This document shows, one piece after another, positions 58,632 to 64,000 of a stretch of DNA of 64,000 nt. Every line of letters begins with the position of its first letter. Positions within the stretch are counted from its first letter, which is position 1. The notes beneath the pieces were generated by a model. It did no database searches. It was not told the DNA's origin and saw only the letters and a list, made by a program, of their open reading frames with translations. The translations under genes were made by a program, and so were the position numbers. This stretch comes from Amphiscolops sp. MND2022 (lineage: Eukaryota), in NCBI GenBank assembly GCA_964187785.1, contig OZ076419.1, positions 54,002,001 through 54,066,000 of the forward strand. Direction: 5' to 3'.

Positions 58632-59717
58632 TCAACTTGTGATAAACATCAGGGTCTTCATCATCACTCCTTTCCCTTTCTTAGGTTTCTTTTTATTCTT
58701 TTGCTGGATGCTGCAACTTGTTGAAGCTTCCTTCTGGAGACTTGACTTCTCTGCGAGCCCAGAACGTTGACCCCCACCTTTGCCTTTCACTGACCCAGAA
58801 ACCTCAATACTGGTCGTCACTGATGCGGATACACCTTTCTGAGCACGGGCAAGACGATTACTCTTTTTGATGTCCACATAACGAGCCTCGAATGACTGCC
58901 GGCGTTCCAATAAAATGACCCATACAAGCTGCAAAATAGAGACACAAACGCTTCAGCAAATCCACCACAAGAAGTCCGTCCACAGATTGAAATTGGGAGC
59001 TACATTAAACGCCTCAGCATTGAGGATAGGAAACATAGTGGGAAGGCTTGACCTGAGTGATTCCTCTGTGGAGGTTTGGAGAGGCAGCGAGGTTGACCTC
59101 GATTCAACAGCAACATCAATTTCTTCATCCGAATCCGAAGCCTCCCTGCGCAAATGGGGAATAGCTAAATCTAACGAGAACTCTGCGCCCAACGATAATG
59201 GAAAATCATTCCTGGAAAAACTCATAAGGAGGAATCTACGTCAAGTTATTTTGAAGAACCAGACTCACCTCGTGCAATGCCGCCCTTACAGCCAGCACCT
59301 CTACTCTGAGGGACATAACCAATGCAAGCCCCACAAGCTACCTGCCGCCTACTAAGGTGAACAAACTAAACGTTCTTTCCGATGATGAACCGTCAGTCAC
59401 CGAAATAGAAGAAGTCTGGGGCATTAGCATCAAGAACCCGCTAACAGACCATCAGCAAACCGGACGAGGGAACAAGTTTTCATCGGCGAATGAAGGCCCA
59501 CACTGTACTGGAATGCCAGCATTTCGAGCGAGATGGGCAATGTCACGACCCACTCCCGGTCGAAACATCACTTGTTGCTCAGGTATACTCGGATTCAGGA
59601 ATGGAGCTGGCCACGGCTACAGCAAATACTATTAAGTCTTTCAATTCAACTAATTCTACTTACTGTACAGCTAACAAACCTGTAGATATTTGTTTTCGAA
59701 TAACAAATTTGACGCAT
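58632..59717 (-). pseudogene. Antisense accessory ORF of element 2, starting in the 3' LTR and probably containing a 47-nt intron
   Basis: ATG at 59717, 18 codons, donor GTAAGT (59663), acceptor TTTGCTGTAG (59617), in-frame exon PWPAPFLNPSIPEQQVMFRPGVGRDI crossing the LTR edge. ORFs 58953-59225 and 58632-58934 are in one frame separated by a single stop. Confidence 0.6.
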
Positions 59718-61852
59718 CCGTTACGGAGTAGTTTTGGAAATGACTTTAGACCTAATTAAAACTTCCTGTTTAATGATCTCACACGTAACGTTATTCTTTG
59801 TTTCCGGTTCCGTCTTCTGAAATTTCCATACTCATCTAAATATTAAAACAAACATTTTCGAAAAGGAGTCATTTCTTCATTCTGCACACGAAAATGAAAC
59901 ATTGAAAAGACTATTTAACCGCGATCCCAACGGAGTTCAAACAATCTAAAATGAAAAGATTATACAAAATAGTAAAGAGGAATTGTTTTCCAGTATTAGA
60001 GTAGTTGTCAATATCCACCTAAAATCTCAGTCAAGTGATTTTAAGCAAATGTTTACAACGATATGACAGCGTCACTCAACTACGCTAGCAACCAGTGTTC
60101 CTATTTTTACGGACCAATAGCGCCGCTTCTTATTTGAAATATTTGAGCTCAAGCTAATAGAATCGTGCTTGGTTGCCCCTAGCAACGCCAACTAGCCGAG
60201 AAAAATAGAATGAAATTGACTAAGCTCTCCGCTTTCTCTCCGTCAGCCACCGCTGCTCAGCTATACCTAATCTTAAAATGTACGGGGCGACCACGGAGCG
60301 AAATGTAAAATTGTATTCCGTTGCTCAGCTATAAATAAGCTTAATACGTACGGAGCGACCACGGAGCGGAATGTAAAATGAAGAAGATTAAATGAAACTT
60401 GTTGGTAATCCTAAGAATGATTTGACAGGAGAATAACGCACTTTGTGAATATGATCCAACATAACAAAACTGTACTATAAGTTAGAATATGATGAAAGTA
60501 TCCTCGAATCGTGTGCCATTTTGAATTGCAATTTTAGTGTAATTACAAGGGCTACACTTACCTTACGTTGCGAACAACCTGTTTCAAAGAAAGTTATAAC
60601 CAGATAACTTATCAAGTGTGTAACTTATAATGCAGTTGAAGGAACGAAATCACAACGTAGGGTCTTTATTGTTGCAAAGTGTATTTACTTGAGCCAAGGA
60701 CTCTATGCTTACTATGCAATTGATCATAATCATGCAGCTACTAATGCTGTGTTTGTTTTGTTATTTGGATTTGTATCATCTCAAAATAATCAAACATCAA
60801 ACGAGTATTTTCGTTAATGTCAGGTTATGTTGTTGTTTTGTTAATCACGTAGAACAGTACACTTTGGTATTGGTCTGAAAAGTGTATCTTAACTAGTGCA
60901 ATAGTATTTCATGTCATTACCAATAAGTGAAGTACGTTATCCCAGCATCGTTTGTTACTTCCAATGTCTAAGTGCGTCCATTTCCGAATATCTTTGCTCC
61001 GCTTTAGTTCCGTCATCATTTTTGCGAAACATACTTTTGCTTCGAATCTCAGCTATCCTAAGTTGGGAATTGTCTAATTGATAACGTCGGCGTGCCTATG
61101 CTGTTGAAAATGTCAACTAGACTTTTTTTGCCGCAATTTTGAAGCTCAAACAGGAAATGGGATCGCCTGAACAAAAATGATTTCAACAAACATTTAAGGA
61201 CGCAACTAGGAATTTCTATGCCTTGTTTTATGATGCCGTACTGAAATAATTTGAATCATTAGCACTTTTTGATGAACAAACCCGTTTTTTTGATACCTAG
61301 AAAGTTTCAGGTGAAGAACAAATGATGCTAGGAAACTATAAATAGGTAGAGACATGTAAATTTAGTTAGTCAATCTTGTAATCGTTTTCACGTTCAATTG
61401 TTCCGCTGTATCAACGAAAACTTTCGTTGACGATTTCATCATTTCCATGGACACTCTTTCTTCTCTATTCAAAAATGACAACCAGAAGTCAAAAGCGAAA
61501 AGCTGTAGCCTAATTAGTTTCCGGAGACTTTGAAGCTTCCGTAGCTGAAAATAACTCATCTGAAAACCTAGAAGCTGGACCTAGCAAAAATCTTGAGTTG
61601 AACCCGATAATCTTGACGAGATAAAAACATCTTTGAGAAAAGAAATCATTTCTGATCTACCAAAGATATTAGCCGAAAATCAAAAGGAAATGCTTAAGTT
61701 GATAGCACCTTAGAGTAAAAAACAGATTGTACATCTGAACATTCAAGACTCTGATTCTGAGCTAGAAAACATCTCCGTTGCCAGAACGTCCACACCTGTA
61801 AAAATAAAAATTGCGATTAACTCTAAAACAAGTCGGACCAATAGTCGTAACA
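59541..61852 (+). repeat. 3' LTR of element 2 (2312 bp)
   Basis: See the 5' LTR. Gag-N ATG at 61475, 126 codons before the LTR end. Confidence 0.95.
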
Positions 61853-64000
61853 CCACATTCACGTTTTCTTGTGTAGGGGGAGTAAAAATATATTCTTTCT
61901 AGCGTTTTTCCTAAAATTTTTCGCGACCTAATGTCAAAAATCCTAAACTTATTTTTATTGAAATCAAAAAAGTAAACGAAACGTATGACACGTTCAAAGA
62001 AAGAGGTCTCATCTTTAATTCGGAACTCAGTTTTTGGACTCGAGAAAGTTTCCCAAAAACCGTGTTTTTTCTAAACACTCTTTTTTTCCTTTGAATACTT
62101 TTTCCTCAAAAAGTTAGGGGTCTACTAGTAATAACTAATCAAACAAAATCACCTTGTTGATGATTTGGCTCTATGTGTGTGTTTTTGTTTGCTTTTTTGG
62201 CTTTTTGCTAAGTATCGTCAAGTGGTTTTTCATTCTCACCTAATTTTTTTTAGACAGTCAACAATTTTAACTAAAACCTAATTATCTTTATTTGGTGTCC
62301 TTACTTGAGTAAAGGTCTACTAAGTCTTTTGGGTCCCTTATTCTCTTTGTTTGCTATCTATCCCAACTGAAAAGTAGTTTTGGGTTCGAAAAAAGTTCGG
62401 GTTTATCAATGTCGTCTATACTTATCTTATATTACCTATTCCATCACTCATTTAATCGTCTAAACACTGATGCACTTTTTTCGCATATCAATGTAACCTA
62501 GTTTGTATTCAAATTGTATTCTACTCTATAATTGTAAAGCTATTTTGATTTACACTCCCCTCAAAAAAACTACAGCAGCTGTATCAGCGTTTTCCTTTAA
62601 AGTAATTAGTCAGCATAATTCATCTTTATCTCGTCTCTCTCTATCCGACCATGTTTCTGTACCAGCCAATAATTTTGTTCAATAAATTCAATCGATACGC
62701 ATCGTCTCGCAAAAGTGATTCGACCCTGTGTCGGTACATCTCCGATCTGTACTAACCAATACCCTTGGTTAGACATCCTTGTCGGCACACACATAACTTC
62801 TTGTAATGATCAAACTTCTTCCTACCGTCATTTCCGTCGGTACAAGAAAATTAAAATCATCATTTCTATTCCAATGCCTTCTGTCATTGACTGTGTTTGT
62901 ATTTCAATGATAATTTTATTTCCTTTTGCTTTTTGCAATAATCGCTCTTATTGTCGACAAATTGTTATTTTTTCTCGCCAAAAAAATGTCACAATTAATT
63001 TTTTTTTCATTACAAGTCTTTGCGATGATGGTTGTTTGAATGCTTGTTATCAAAAAGTGTCGTTTCTCTGATTTACTTATTCTCTTCGCTCCATGTTCTA
63101 TCTCAAACTATACTAATTTTTAACCATTATTCTCACACTCTCTCCTCAGTTTCAAATAATGAACTCTATCTCCAATTCCAACAAACCTTTTCTCCCATTC
63201 CTCAATTAACCTTAACGCTTTCGAAAACCTCTCCTCACTCTTTACATTTTCTAATTTAAGTGAAAACAACTCTCATGTTTTAAAAAAAACATTCGTGTTT
63301 ACATACATCCTTTCATTTTGAATCATAACTCCAAATATACCTCATACTCAGATAGCTTTAAAACCTTTTTCTTGTAATCCACTACACAAAACTCTTTCAA
63401 TGAGTTTCATTTTCATTTCGTGCTCGTTTTCTGTTTGGACCCTAACCCTTTCATCGCTTCATTACAACTTTCGCCATGTCTATAAATATCCTTTCAACCA
63501 ACACTATACCCCATTTTATCTTAGGGTGCCTTTGTTATTGTTCCAAACACCGTCATTCCTAATAACTACCTCCTTTCGTCCTTTAACCCCTTCCTTTCAC
63601 TTTCCATGACACTGAAAGGTGACTCATGACATCTGAACGGAAATTGAAACATCTCTTTCTAAGTTTTTAGACAATCGTATCTATATTTCCACTGTTCCTT
63701 TTCATTTTGGATCTCACCTCGAAGATAGTTATATCCTCTTGTGATACCAGAACACGATGACTCCTACCTATGCTTTAAAGGCACTTACTCCTTAACCGAA
63801 ACTCAAGATAAACTTCCATTTTTACTGCTTTCAAAACGCCTTTTAATTACATCGGAACCCATACACAAAAACACTTATCCCTCTAACATATACAACATAC
63901 TCATTGCTCAAGTTTTTAAGCAACTTTACCACAGAAATAACCTCTATCCTAAGCATGGTTATACTCTTTTAGCTCTACAAGCAATGCTCCAAAAAATTGT

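Larger units (their letters stand above)
50763..61852 (+). mobile_element. Ty3/Gypsy LTR retrotransposon, element 2: full-length frame, non-functional
   Basis: Two LTRs TGTCAC...GTAACA, PBS-like TAGTGACAG, PPT-like GAGCGAGATGGGCAA, gag with zinc knuckles, PR-RT-RH-IN order. Probable 5-bp TSD CCACC/CCACA (one mismatch). Confidence 0.95.

Overview
Eukaryotic (animal, probably invertebrate) genomic DNA that is AT-rich and almost entirely made of decayed mobile elements; the species cannot be determined from sequence alone. Left to right: (1) a + strand Ty3/Gypsy LTR retrotransposon remnant (protease-RT-RNaseH, integrase deleted, antisense accessory ORF, 3' LTR ~7484-9233). (2) It abuts a - strand, 5'-truncated Gypsy element (RNaseH end, integrase, ~5 kb of unexplained accessory coding; 9234-16990), part of which is locally re-duplicated together with a tRNA-derived repeat (17123-20059). 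(3) A rhodopsin-like GPCR gene on the - strand: its TM1-4 exon (46746-47395) and TM5-6 exon (20456-20783) are joined by a phase-compatible ~26-kb intron. (4) Inside that intron lies a ~24-kb decayed Polinton/Maverick with TIRs, pPolB, packaging ATPase, integrase, minor and major capsid and adenain protease. It contains an internal diverged tandem unit and two reciprocal circularly permuted insertions, and has a 200-N scaffold gap at 40992-41191. (5) A full-length but dead + strand Gypsy element (50763-61852) with ~2.2-kb LTRs that encode the gag N-terminus at one end and the start of a probably spliced antisense ORF at the other. All TE genes except the Polinton protease carry stops or frameshifts. 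All identities quoted are hand estimates, and protein assignments rest on motif recognition, not database searches.
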